This document shows positions 10,432 through 22,735 of a stretch of DNA of 64,000 nt, in pieces. The translations under genes and the position numbers were made by a program. Location: NCBI GenBank assembly GCA_027490995.1, contig JAIXWY010000015.1, forward strand, positions 59,066-123,065, given 5' to 3'. The first letter of the stretch is position 1. The number at the start of each line of letters is the position of its first letter. Source of the stretch: Opitutaceae bacterium. Lineage in GTDB: Bacteria; Verrucomicrobiota; Verrucomicrobiia; Opitutales; Opitutaceae. The notes beneath the pieces are model-generated. The model was not told where the DNA came from and did no database searches. It worked only from the letters and a program-made list of their open reading frames with translations.

Positions 10432-11784
10432 ATGAACATCAGACGCCTGTCTTCCCCCGCGGCCCTCGTTTTGGTACTGGCTCTGGCGGTCTCCGCGGTC
10501 GCGCAGACTCGGCCCATCGCCTTCCAGGGTGGTCGAATCCTTCCCGTGGAGGGTGCCCCGATCGAGCGGGGTGTTCTGATTGTGCAGGAGGGTAAGATTT
10601 TGGCCGTGGGTCCGATGGGTTCGACGCCGATTCCCGCCGAAGCGGAGGTACGCGATGTATCCGGAAAGGTGCTCATGCCTGGATTGGTGGATTCGCATAG
10701 CCACATCGGTGGTGGCAGCGGAGTGGGAGCGGATGGCTCTTCGCCGATCCAGCCGGAAGTCCGCGCACTCGATGGCATCGACGTCACGTCGTCGTCCATC
10801 GCCAAGGCCCGCGCGGGCGGCATCACCACGGTGAATGTCATGCCGGGCTCCGGTCACCTGATCAGCGGCCAAACGCTCTATCTTAAGCTGCGTCCGGCGC
10901 GGACGATCGACGACCTGCTGATTCGCCTGCCGGACGGCTCGCCCGCCGGTGGGTTGAAGATGGCCAATGGCACCAATTCCCGCGGCGGTCCGCCGTTCCC
11001 CGGGACTCGGGGCAAGTCCGCTTCGCTGGTGCGGGAGCGCTACGTCGCCGCGCAGGAGTATCAGGAGAAAGTGGCTCGGGCGAAGGATGATCCGGAAAAG
11101 CGCCCGGCCCGTGACCTCGCCCTTGAGCAGCTCGGGGAGGTGCTCGCTGGCCGCCGAATCGTCCAGCACCACAGTCACCGGCAGGACGACATCATGACCG
11201 TACTCCGGCTGTCACAGGAGTTCGGGTTCAAGGTCGTCCTCCACCACGTCAGCGAGGGCTGGAAGGTCGCCGACGAAATCGCGGCGGCCAACGTCGCTTG
11301 CTCGATCATCTACGTGGATAGCCCGGGGGGGAAGCTGGAGACCCGCGACATGGATATCCGCATTGGAGCGATCCTCGAGAAGGCGGGGGTGCGGGTGGGT
11401 TTCCACACCGATGACCCGATCAACGACTCGCGACTTTTCCTGCGCTCGGCTGGTCTGGCGGTCCGAGGCGGAATGTCCCGCGACGGCGCGCTGGCCGGTC
11501 TCACGCTGGCCAACGCAGAAATCCTCGGCCTGCAGGATCGAGTGGGCTCCCTTAAGCCGGGCAAGGATGCGGATTTCGTGGTGCTCTCGGGTGATCCGCT
11601 CAGCGTCTACACTCAGGTCGAGCAGACGTGGATCGAGGGCACGCTCGCATTCGATCGCAGCCGCCCGGCCGACCACCTCTGGGCCGTCGGCGGCCCCGGT
11701 GCCGGCGATCCGCTGCGCCCGCATTACTGTTGCTTCGGCAACGCGTGGGGCGTCATCGCCGCGGCCAACGCGGCCGCACAATGA
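10432..11784 (+). CDS. secreted amidohydrolase (imidazolonepropionase-related, COG1228-like), metal ligands intact
   Basis: ORF 10156..11784, trimmed to the ATG at 10432 (MNIRRLSSPAALVLVLALAVSAVAQ); another ATG lies at 10414. HxH motif PGLVDSHSHIGG (H-S-H codons 10696..10704). Later segments VQHHSH, VLHHVSEG, GFHTDDP and GSLKPGKDADFVVL are typical of the amidohydrolase superfamily. Confidence 0.85.
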   Translation: MNIRRLSSPAALVLVLALAVSAVAQTRPIAFQGGRILPVEGAPIERGVLIVQEGKILAVGPMGSTPIPAEAEVRDVSGKVLMPGLVDSHSHIGGGSGVGADGSSPIQPEVRALDGIDVTSSSIAKARAGGITTVNVMPGSGHLISGQTLYLKLRPARTIDDLLIRLPDGSPAGGLKMANGTNSRGGPPFPGTRGKSASLVRERYVAAQEYQEKVARAKDDPEKRPARDLALEQLGEVLAGRRIVQHHSHRQDDIMTVLRLSQEFGFKVVLHHVSEGWKVADEIAAANVACSIIYVDSPGGKLETRDMDIRIGAILEKAGVRVGFHTDDPINDSRLFLRSAGLAVRGGMSRDGALAGLTLANAEILGLQDRVGSLKPGKDADFVVLSGDPLSVYTQVEQTWIEGTLAFDRSRPADHLWAVGGPGAGDPLRPHYCCFGNAWGVIAAANAAAQ

Positions 11785-13151
11785 GCCGGCCTCTCCTCGT
11801 CTCCACCCCCTGCGAACCTCGTCCGCCCCCGACTCCGATGAAGATTTCTTCTTTCCTTCGCCTCCTTGCCCGCAATCCCCTTGCCCGACCCGCGACCCGC
11901 TTTGCTGTGCCGCCGTGGGCGTCCGCCTTGCTGATGCTGGTCGTTGCCGCGCCCGCTGCGGCGGCCGCTTCGCCGGCGCCGGCCACCGCGTTGGCCTCGC
12001 CGCCCGTTGCCATCCGCGGTGACATGGTGTATCCGGTGAGTGGAGCACCCATCAAGGATGGACTCGTCCTGATCCGGGAAGGTCGCATTGCCTATGTTGG
12101 GCCGGCCGCCGGGCAGACTTACGGTGCGGATGTCCGCGAACTCTGCGCCGCCGTGGTGGTGCCGGGTTTGGTCGACGCCCGGGCGACCGTCGGCGTGTCC
12201 GGCATGCTCAATCAACCGCATGACCAGGAGCAGGTGGAGCGCTCGGCGCCGCTGCAGCCCGAGCTGCGGGCGGTCGACGCGTACAATGCCCGCGACGAAC
12301 TCGTGGCGTACCTCCGGGCGCGGGGGGTGACGACGGTGCACACCGGCCACGGTCCGGGTGTGCCGATTTCGGGTCAGACCTTGGTGGTGAAGACGAAGGG
12401 CCGCACGGCCGAGGCGGATGTGCTGCGTCCGGCGGCGATGATCGCCGCCACGCTGGGAGCGGATGCGACGACCGCGGATCGCGGCAAGTCGCCGGGCACT
12501 CCGGCGAAGGCGGTCGCGCTGCTCCGCGCGGAATTGATCAAGGCGAAGGAGTATGCGGACAAGCGCGCGAAGGCGCCAGAGGACAAGCGCCCGCCGCGCG
12601 ACCTCCGCCTGGAGGCGCTGGGTCGCGCGCTCGATGGCTCGCAGCCGTTGCTGATTTCGGTGGACCGGGCCCGCGACATCCTCGCGGCGCTGCGCGTGGC
12701 GCGGGAGTTCGATCTGAAGATCGTCCTCGAGGGCTGCGCGGAGGCCCCGCTGGTGTTGGACGAGATCAAGGCCAGCGGCTTCCCCGTGGTGCTGCATCCC
12801 ACGATGGAGCGCAGCTTCGGCACGCGCGAAAATCTGAGCATGGAGACGGCGTCTGTGCTCCGCCGCGCGGGCATCCCGTTCGCGATTCAGAGCGGCTTCG
12901 AGGACTATGTGCCTAAGACCCGCCTCGTGCTTTACGAGGCGGCGGTGGCCGCGGGGCAGGGCCTCGATCGTGACGCGGCGCTGGCAGCGATCACGCTCGA
13001 CGCAGCGCGGATCGTCGGCGTGGCCGATCGGGTCGGCTCTCTCGATGTCGGCAAGGATGGCGATGTCGCGCTCTACGATGGCGACCCCTTCGAGTACGTT
13101 ACCCGCTGTGTGGGGGTGGTGATCGACGGCGTGATTTATCCGGGCGAGTAG
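11781..13151 (+). CDS. amidohydrolase-family paralog with degenerate metal-binding motifs
   Basis: ORF 11628..13151. The ATG at 11781 overlaps the upstream stop (ATGA); an alternative ATG lies at 11838 (MKISSFLRLL...). It aligns with the upstream paralog (PGLVD..., ISGQTLVVKTKG, GSLDVGKDGDVALY), but HxH is replaced by ARAT (12177..12188). Confidence 0.8.
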   Translation: MSRPLLVSTPCEPRPPPTPMKISSFLRLLARNPLARPATRFAVPPWASALLMLVVAAPAAAAASPAPATALASPPVAIRGDMVYPVSGAPIKDGLVLIREGRIAYVGPAAGQTYGADVRELCAAVVVPGLVDARATVGVSGMLNQPHDQEQVERSAPLQPELRAVDAYNARDELVAYLRARGVTTVHTGHGPGVPISGQTLVVKTKGRTAEADVLRPAAMIAATLGADATTADRGKSPGTPAKAVALLRAELIKAKEYADKRAKAPEDKRPPRDLRLEALGRALDGSQPLLISVDRARDILAALRVAREFDLKIVLEGCAEAPLVLDEIKASGFPVVLHPTMERSFGTRENLSMETASVLRRAGIPFAIQSGFEDYVPKTRLVLYEAAVAAGQGLDRDAALAAITLDAARIVGVADRVGSLDVGKDGDVALYDGDPFEYVTRCVGVVIDGVIYPGE

Positions 13152-13283
13152 GGCTTGGGTACGGTCCGCTCGGGGCCGTGCGGGTGACGGAATGGTCTTC
13201 CCGGATGAGTCGGCGTGGTCGGATTGAGTGGGTGTGGAAAACGCGTTGCCGGCGGGGCGGTGGGCTGGAACGATGCGGGGTCA

Positions 13284-14207
13284 ATGACTGCCGCCGCCTC
13301 CGCCCGCCCACGGTCCGACTGGACGTCCGCGCCGGTCCTCTGTTTCGGGGAAATCCTCTGGGATCTTCTCCCGCACGGGGCCTTCCCCGGGGGGGCGCCG
13401 TTTAATGTCGCGTCACACCTCCAGCGCCTCGGGATCCCGGCGGTGCCGGTCTCCGCCGTCGGCCGCGACGCGTGGGGTGAACGGATGCTTGCCGTGATGG
13501 CCGAGCGCGGGGTGACCGATGCCGGCGTGGCGCGTCTCGACGACGCGCCGACGGGCACGGTGACGGCTGAACTCACGCCGCGCGGCGATGCGCGGTACAC
13601 GATCGTCGAGAGCGTCGCCTGGGATCGCATCCCGGTGTCGGACGAGGTGGCCGCGCCGGCGGCGGCCGCGCGGGCGCTGGTCTTTGGCTCGCTGGCGCTG
13701 CGCAGCTCGGCGAACCGGCAGGCGCTCGGGCAGCTTCTGGAGGCGGTGCCGACGTATGCGTGGCGGGTGTTTGATGTGAACCTCCGCGCGCCCTTCGATG
13801 ACCTTGCGGTGGTGCGGGAGTACGCCCGCCATGCGCACCTCTTGAAGCTGAACGCTGAGGAGGCGGCCCGCTTGGCGGGTGAGCCGGGCCGCGACGCCGG
13901 GGCCGAGGAGGCGCACGCGCGCCACCTCGCGGCGGAGACCGGGGTCGGCTTTGTGTGCGTCACCTCGGGAGCGCGCGGTGCCGGACTGCTGCGGAACGGA
14001 CGTTGGATCTGGGAGCCGGGCCGGACCGTCGCGGTGGTCGACACCGTTGGGGCCGGGGATGCGTTTCTCGCGCAGCTTCTTGCTGGCCTGCTGGCGGGAG
14101 GGCGGAGCGAGGCGAGGCTCGTCGCCGAGGCGTGTCGCCGCGGGGAGTGGGTCGCAAGCCGCGCCGGGGCCTGCCCGGATGGTTCTGGACCGGAACCCGA
14201 AGCCTAG
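13284..14207 (+). CDS. PfkB-family carbohydrate kinase (fructokinase-like)
   Basis: ORF 13215..14207, ATG at 13284. N-terminal CFGEILWDLLP...GGAPFNVASHL and the PfkB signature DTVGAGDAFLAQLLAG. Confidence 0.85.
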   Translation: MTAAASARPRSDWTSAPVLCFGEILWDLLPHGAFPGGAPFNVASHLQRLGIPAVPVSAVGRDAWGERMLAVMAERGVTDAGVARLDDAPTGTVTAELTPRGDARYTIVESVAWDRIPVSDEVAAPAAAARALVFGSLALRSSANRQALGQLLEAVPTYAWRVFDVNLRAPFDDLAVVREYARHAHLLKLNAEEAARLAGEPGRDAGAEEAHARHLAAETGVGFVCVTSGARGAGLLRNGRWIWEPGRTVAVVDTVGAGDAFLAQLLAGLLAGGRSEARLVAEACRRGEWVASRAGACPDGSGPEPEA

Positions 14208-14265
14208 CCGATCTGGCGGCGCTTTCGCCGGTTAAGTGGGCGGCACGCGGGACGCGTTGGCGTAG

Positions 14266-14790
14266 CTATTCAACGGATACGAGAGTAACCTCGAACACGA
14301 GTCCCGACCCGGGCGGAATGCCGCCGGCGGCGCGGTTTCCGTAGCCCAGCGAAGGCGGGATGAGGAGCTCGATCCGGCCGCCCGGGCCGATGAGTTGCAG
14401 TCCCGCGCCGAGCCCGGGAAGCAGGGCGTTGAGACGGAACGTGGAGGGCGTGGTGACAGAGTCGAAGACCCGCCCATCGCGGAGGCGACCCGTATACGTG
14501 AGGCGGACGGTGGACTGCGGGCCGGGGCGAGCTCCGTCGCCTGGAGTGACGATGCGGTGGCCGAGGCCGCTGGACCGGAATGTGAAACCCGGCTGGTCAG
14601 CGATTTCGCCGAACCAGTCGCGCCGCCGTGCCTGCAGGGACGCTTCCGCCGCCGCCGCTTCCGCCGCGGCCTGCGCGGTGGCGCGACGAAGCTCGGCGGG
14701 GCGTTGCACGCCGAACCACCAGCCGACCCCGCTGAGCACAGCGAGAGCCAAACCGATGGCGGCGATGGACGTGGCGGAGGACTGGGCCAT
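14266..14790 (-). CDS. FKBP-type peptidyl-prolyl cis-trans isomerase, membrane-anchored or secreted
   Basis: 174-aa ORF with an N-terminal hydrophobic segment. FKBP core: VRLTYTGRLRDGRVFDS ... LIPPSLGYGNRAAGGIPPGSGLVFEVTLVSV. Confidence 0.9.
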   Translation of the reverse strand: MAQSSATSIAAIGLALAVLSGVGWWFGVQRPAELRRATAQAAAEAAAAEASLQARRRDWFGEIADQPGFTFRSSGLGHRIVTPGDGARPGPQSTVRLTYTGRLRDGRVFDSVTTPSTFRLNALLPGLGAGLQLIGPGGRIELLIPPSLGYGNRAAGGIPPGSGLVFEVTLVSVE

Positions 14791-14857
14791 GGATAAGGAG
14801 AAGTGAGCGGGCCTTCGTGCCGGGGGCAGGTGAAGGCGGAGCGGGGTGTATGCCGTA

Positions 14858-14869
14858 GGCCAGATTGGC
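14858..14869 (+). repeat. copy 1 of direct 12-mer GGCCAGATTGGC (each copy preceded by GCGGGG 10-11 nt upstream)
   Basis: Read directly from the sequence. An identical 12-mer recurs at 15047..15058 inside the same 415-bp non-coding gap. Confidence 0.6.
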
Positions 14870-15046
14870 GCGGTGGAAACGAGACCACGCTAGGTGCAGG
14901 CGTGGACCGATTCAAGATCCTCGAATGTCCCACCCGTGTGCCGCGTGGTTCGATGTCACGATCCAGAGCGGAGGCGCTGCCACAGCCGCTTGGGCTGGGC
15001 GCAGGGTGGAGTGAGAAAGGTCGTCGAAGTGCGGGGCAGTCGCGAT

Positions 15047-15058
15047 GGCCAGATTGGC
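15047..15058 (+). repeat. copy 2 of direct 12-mer GGCCAGATTGGC
   Basis: Read directly from the sequence. It lies 189 nt from copy 1, and GCGGGG lies 10 nt upstream, as in copy 1. Confidence 0.6.
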
Positions 15059-15205
15059 CGTGTTGCGTCGCCCCCATTCGGCCTCTTTTGCCGGGTTTCT
15101 GCGCTGGTACAGCAGCTATGTCCGAGGCAGTGAGGAGTTTGCCCGGTGTGGCTGGACGCAACCCTTGTATTGCCCCTGCGGAGATGTGCCGTATGAAAGG
15201 GTGAG

Positions 15206-16183
15206 ATGTGGTTACTCGGCATTGATGGTGGCGGAACGCAGACGCGCGCGTTGATTGCGGGCGCGGACGGTCGTGTGCTCGGAGTGGGGCGCGCGGGGAG
15301 CTCAAATTACCACAGCGTCGGGCTGGAAGCCGCGGTGGCAGCGGTCGCGGAGGCCGTCGCGGCAGCCCGGGCGGCGGCGCATGTGCACGGACCGGCGAAG
15401 GCGGCCTTCCTCGGACTCGCCGGGGTACGCTCGGCGGCGGACCATCAGGCGTTTCGCGAGCCTCTCGCGGCGCTGGGATTGGCGGCTGCAGCGGAGACTT
15501 TGGGACTGGATCACGATTTGCGGATCGCGCTCGCGGGTGGGTGTGCGGAGGGCCCGGGCATTGTGATCATCGCTGGCACCGGTGCGGCGGCGTATGGCCG
15601 CGATCCCGCCGGCGCCACCAGCATCGTTGGCGGTTGGGGATGGTTGCTGGATGACCAGGGCAGCGGCGTCTGGCTCGCCCTCCGCGCCTTGCGCGCGATC
15701 ATGGAGGCGACGGATGGGCGTGGGCCTAGGACCCGGCTTGAGCCGGCGATGTTCGCGGAGCTGAACGTCACGTCCGCGCGCGCCGCGATGCAATGGACCA
15801 TGCGTCCGGACACCGCGCGGTCGCAATTGGCGAGCCTTGCGCCGGTGGTCTTAGCGACGGCCGAGGACGGCGATCGCGTGGCCGAGGAAATCGTCGCGGA
15901 AGGCGCGCGGCAACTCGGTCGTCTCGCCCGAGCCCTCGGGGAATCTCTGGAGTGGCCGACGGCCGCCGCAATTCCGGTGGTACCGGCCGGCGGACTCCTC
16001 GAGCGCCGTTCCTACCGCGAGGCACTCCGGGCGGAGTTGGCGGCGGCGGATGCGAGGTTCTCCCTGCTTGAGGCACCGGCGCCGGCCGTGGCCGGAGCGG
16101 TCTTCCTCGCCGCGGAGTTGGCCGGGGCGCCCTTCAGTGCGGAGGCGCGCCGACGGCTGGCGATGGAACTGGCGACTCGTTGA
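15206..16183 (+). CDS. BadF/BadG/BcrA/BcrD-type ATPase (N-acetylglucosamine kinase-like)
   Basis: 325-aa ORF. N-terminal phosphate-1 motif LLGIDGGGTQTRALIAGADGRVLG, followed by IIAGTGAAAYG and GWGWLLDDQGSG, typical of the eukaryotic-type GlcNAc kinase/BadF family. Confidence 0.8.
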   Translation: MWLLGIDGGGTQTRALIAGADGRVLGVGRAGSSNYHSVGLEAAVAAVAEAVAAARAAAHVHGPAKAAFLGLAGVRSAADHQAFREPLAALGLAAAAETLGLDHDLRIALAGGCAEGPGIVIIAGTGAAAYGRDPAGATSIVGGWGWLLDDQGSGVWLALRALRAIMEATDGRGPRTRLEPAMFAELNVTSARAAMQWTMRPDTARSQLASLAPVVLATAEDGDRVAEEIVAEGARQLGRLARALGESLEWPTAAAIPVVPAGGLLERRSYREALRAELAAADARFSLLEAPAPAVAGAVFLAAELAGAPFSAEARRRLAMELATR

Positions 16184-17312
16184 TCGCCGCGGTCAGATCG
16201 GCGATAAAGCCGTCCACCACGGCGTCCCACGAAAGCAGCTCGGCTCGGGCCCGGGCCGCGGTGCTCAAGGCGTGCCGCAGCGTCCCACTCCGGGCGATGC
16301 GCTCCGCTTGCGCGATGAACGCAGCCTCGTCGCCCGGCGGGCACGTCAGCCCCTGCTGTCCATCCACGATGAATTCGCGGGCGGCGGCGTAGTCGAACGC
16401 GCCCACGGCGAGGCCGCTGGCCATGGCCTCGGTGACTACGTTACCGAACGTCTCGGTGTGGCTCGCGTGCAGGTAGACGTCCCCGGACGCATAGTGGCGG
16501 GCCAAGTTCACCCCCGTGTAGAAACCCGTGAACACCGCGTCCGGCCGCATCCGCTGGTAGGTCGACAACAGCGGACCATCGCCGACGAGCACGAGGAGCG
16601 CGCGCGGTTGGACCGCCTTGATGGCGTCGAAGGCGCGGAAGAGCAGGGCGTAGTTCTTTTCGGCGGCGATCCGTCCGACGTGGACGACGACCAGATCGTC
16701 GGGCTTTGCTCCCCAGGCCGCGCGCAGTTCCGGATCGCGGCGGGTGGGGGAGAACAACGACGTGTCGACCCCGCGGGACAGCAGGCGGAGATTCTCGTAG
16801 CCCTCGGCGTGAAGCGCGTGCTGCAGGTGGCGGGTGGGCACGAATGTGCGCCGCGTGCGGTTGTGCACCCGGCGCAGCCACGACGCGATCACCGGCTGCA
16901 GCCAGCCCACGCGATAGTCGCGGGTGTACTGGTCGAAGTGCGTGTGGAAACTCGACGTCACCGGCAGCCCCAGTTCGAGGGCGGCGCCGATGGCGGACGC
17001 GCCTAGCGGCCCCTCCGTGGCGACGTGCACCAAGTCCGGCCGCTTTTCGCGCCAGAGCCGCCGCAACCTCCCCCCGGCGGGGAGGCCGATCCGCAGCTGC
17101 GGGTAGCCTGGCATCGGGATGCCTGGCAGACGGATCTGCTCCCCGGCGAGGCGTCGGGTCACGGAGAACCGAGGCGACTCATGCCGTTGGCGCGGGCGGA
17201 TGACGGTGACCCGATGGCCCCGGTGGGAAAGCCCGTCCACCAGCCGCCCCAGTGTCATGGCGACCCCATTGATTTCCGGAGCGTAGGTTTCGGTGACGAG
17301 GGCGAGGTGCAA
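16134..17312 (-). CDS. glycosyltransferase family 4 (GT-B, GT1 superfamily)
   Basis: ORF 16134..17465. Contains LALVTETYAPEINGVAMTLGRLVDGL, and a C-terminal ETFGNVVTEAMASGLAV motif (E-x7-E). The track start (GTG at 17465) lies only 8 nt from the carB ATG, and its first 51 residues look non-coding. I prefer the TTG at 17312 (M-HLALVTETY). The start is uncertain. Confidence 0.8.
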   Translation of the reverse strand: MHLALVTETYAPEINGVAMTLGRLVDGLSHRGHRVTVIRPRQRHESPRFSVTRRLAGEQIRLPGIPMPGYPQLRIGLPAGGRLRRLWREKRPDLVHVATEGPLGASAIGAALELGLPVTSSFHTHFDQYTRDYRVGWLQPVIASWLRRVHNRTRRTFVPTRHLQHALHAEGYENLRLLSRGVDTSLFSPTRRDPELRAAWGAKPDDLVVVHVGRIAAEKNYALLFRAFDAIKAVQPRALLVLVGDGPLLSTYQRMRPDAVFTGFYTGVNLARHYASGDVYLHASHTETFGNVVTEAMASGLAVGAFDYAAAREFIVDGQQGLTCPPGDEAAFIAQAERIARSGTLRHALSTAARARAELLSWDAVVDGFIADLTAAINESPVPSPAVGAPPH

Positions 17313-17473
17313 GGAGTTTGCCCGCAGGCAGGGGCAATCGTGGTGACGCTGGGTGAAGGACGGATGGCGGCGGGGTAACGATCCGGCGAAAAGCGGATGC
17401 GGAAGCACGTGGAACTGCGACTTCCCGCTTGCCGCTGGCGGGAGGGGAGCCAACCCTCCGGACACTCACGTCC

Positions 17474-20737
<3,264 letters not shown>

Positions 20738-20744
20738 GCCGGTC

Positions 20745-21620
20745 ATGGCTCAAGGGACTGCTACGCCTGCCGCATTGCCGACGCTCGTCGCGCTGCTCCA
20801 CGGCCCGGATCAACCGGGCTTGGTGGCGCGCGTCGCCGGTTGGATCTTCGAGCGCGGGGGCAATATCCTGCACGCCGACCAGCATCGCGACACGGAAGCG
20901 GGGATCTTCTTCCAGCGCGTCGAGTGGGAACCGGCGAATGGAGACGCGTCGGCGGACACCACCGCCTTCAATGAGTTCGGCCGCAGCCTCGGCATGCATG
21001 TGCGCGTCGCGTCGTCCGTTCACCGCACGCGGGTCGCGTTGTTCGTCTCCAAGGCGGATCACTGTTTCCACGACCTTTGCCTGCGTTGGCGCGCGGGAGA
21101 CCTCCCCGGCGAGGTCGTTCTTGTGGTCGGCAATCATCCCGATCTTGCGCCGATGGCACAGGGGTATGGGGTGCCGTTCGTCCACGTGCCCGTGACGGCG
21201 GACACCAAGGCGGCAGCAGAGGCGCGGCAGTTGGCGCTCCTGCGCGAACATCGCGTCGAACTCGTCGTCCTTGCCCGTTACATGCAGGTGCTGTCGAACG
21301 ACTTTCTGGAGCGTTTCGCCGGTCCGGTGATCAATATCCACCACTCCTTCCTCCCGGCCTTTGCGGGTGGGCGGCCTTACCACCAGGCGTACTCGCGGGG
21401 GGTGAAGCTGATCGGCGCCACCGGGCACTACGCGACCCGGGATCTGGATGAAGGCCCTATCATTCAACAGGATGTGAGGCGAGTGACCCATCGGCACAGC
21501 GTGGAGGATCTGGTGCGGATGGGGCGGGACATGGAGAAGACCGTCCTCGCTCAGGCGGTGCGTTGGCACTTGGAGAACCGGGTGCTGGTGTACGGCAACA
21601 AGACGGTGGTCTTCGATTGA
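20745..21620 (+). CDS. purU: formyltetrahydrofolate deformylase
   Basis: N-terminal ACT-like domain (LLHGPDQPGLVARVAGWIFERGGNILHADQH). Formyltransferase core: ARYMQVLSNDFLERFAGPVINIHHSFLPAFAGGRPYHQAYSRGVKLIGATGHYATRDLDEGPIIQQDV. Starts 7 nt after the carB stop. Confidence 0.93.
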   Translation: MAQGTATPAALPTLVALLHGPDQPGLVARVAGWIFERGGNILHADQHRDTEAGIFFQRVEWEPANGDASADTTAFNEFGRSLGMHVRVASSVHRTRVALFVSKADHCFHDLCLRWRAGDLPGEVVLVVGNHPDLAPMAQGYGVPFVHVPVTADTKAAAEARQLALLREHRVELVVLARYMQVLSNDFLERFAGPVINIHHSFLPAFAGGRPYHQAYSRGVKLIGATGHYATRDLDEGPIIQQDVRRVTHRHSVEDLVRMGRDMEKTVLAQAVRWHLENRVLVYGNKTVVFD

Positions 21621-21737
21621 GCGGGGAGGTGGGGTGGCTACCCGGCCGCCGGGGTTAGGAGGCGGGCAGGGGCTGCAACTCCCGTCTTTACGCCTTCCGG
21701 TCGCTGTGTCTTTGTGGGGGGCTATTCTGCGTTGACC

Positions 21738-22472
21738 ATGTCGATCTCACCCATTCCCCCGAGCCCCGCGTCGCGCGCGGAAGACCCGCAAGCTGCCGCG
21801 TCGGCGGAACCTATTCCGGTGGCAGGGCCGAGCTTCGAGGATCAGCTACGCGCCTTTTGGGAGGCACAGCGCTCCCGCATCGTCACCCTCGTGGCGGTCG
21901 TCACGCTCGTCATTCTTGGCAAGGGCGCGTGGGAAATGTACCAGGCTCGGCAGGAGGCCGGGATCGCGGCGGACTTCGCCAAGGCGAAGACCAGCGAGCA
22001 GTTGCAGCGCTTCGCCGTTGAACACCCGGGTAACGCTCTCGCCGGCGTGGCGCATCTGCGTCTGGCGGATGAGGCCTACGAGGCAGGCAAGTTCACCGAT
22101 GCGGCGGCGAGCTACGGCAAGGCCGTCGCCGCCCTCAAGGAAGGTCCGCTCTCAAGCCGGGCCCGGATCGGCCAAGGCATCACCCAGGTCCTCGGAGGGG
22201 ACCGCGCCGGTGGTACGGCTACGTTGAAAGCGTTGGCGGACGACCTTACGGCGGCGGTGTCCGTCCGAGCGGAGGCCGGTTACCACGTGGCCTCCCTCGC
22301 AGCCGAGGCCGGTGATGCCGCGGCTCTGCAGTCCTCTCTCGAACAATTGACCCGCGTCGCACCGCAGAGCCTCTGGGCCCAGCGGGCCTCGCTGCTCCGG
22401 CCGATTTCGACGCCGACCGCGACCCCGGCTGCGCCCGCGCCGGCCGTTAGCTTCCCCACCAAAGGGAAGTAA
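21738..22472 (+). CDS. hypothetical membrane-anchored TPR-like protein (YfgM-like architecture)
   Basis: ORF 21714..22472, ATG at 21738. One TM segment (IVTLVAVVTLVILGKGAW) followed by an Ala-rich helical region (...AGVAHLRLADEAYEAGKFTDAAASYGKAVAAL...). Assignment is by architecture only. Confidence 0.6.
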   Translation: MSISPIPPSPASRAEDPQAAASAEPIPVAGPSFEDQLRAFWEAQRSRIVTLVAVVTLVILGKGAWEMYQARQEAGIAADFAKAKTSEQLQRFAVEHPGNALAGVAHLRLADEAYEAGKFTDAAASYGKAVAALKEGPLSSRARIGQGITQVLGGDRAGGTATLKALADDLTAAVSVRAEAGYHVASLAAEAGDAAALQSSLEQLTRVAPQSLWAQRASLLRPISTPTATPAAPAPAVSFPTKGK

Positions 22473-22505
22473 ACCGGCGGTCAGCCCTTCTGGGCTGGAT
22501 CGGCT

Positions 22506-22581
22506 GGTCGGGGCGATAGGATTCGAACCTACGACCTCCTGGTCCCAAACCAGGCGCTCTACCAGGCTAAGCTACACCCCG
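22506..22581 (-). tRNA. tRNA-Pro (anticodon TGG)
   Basis: The reverse complement reads CGGGGTGTAGCTTAGCCTGGTAGAGCGCCTGGTTTGGGACCAGGAGGTCGTAGGTTCGAATCCTATCGCCCCGACCA. Acceptor stem CGGGGTG/CGCCCCG. Anticodon stem CCTGG/CCAGG with loop TTTGGGA (anticodon TGG). T-arm GTAGGTTCGAATCCTAT. CCA is encoded. Confidence 0.92.
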
Positions 22582-22735
22582 CAACCGGCCCTGAATCTTG
22601 TCGGACGGCGGGAGGTGTCAACGCATTCCCCGCAGACACGCCGGCGCCAGGCGACGTTTGTGAAAACTTCGTTCCAGTCTCTGCTTGCGTCAGTTAGGAG
22701 CGTTCCGTAAATCCAACATTACTCGCTTATTTCTC

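Noticed and set aside
14944-14960. tRNA/tmRNA-like T-arm (CGTGG-TTCGATG-TCACG) in the 415-bp gap
   Set aside because: No matching acceptor stem, D-arm or anticodon arm could be built around it on either strand. It is probably a chance resemblance.
22473-22735. Genomic island or integrase association at tRNA-Pro
   Set aside because: There is no integrase, direct repeat of the tRNA 3' end, or compositional shift on either side. The neighbours are ordinary chromosomal genes.
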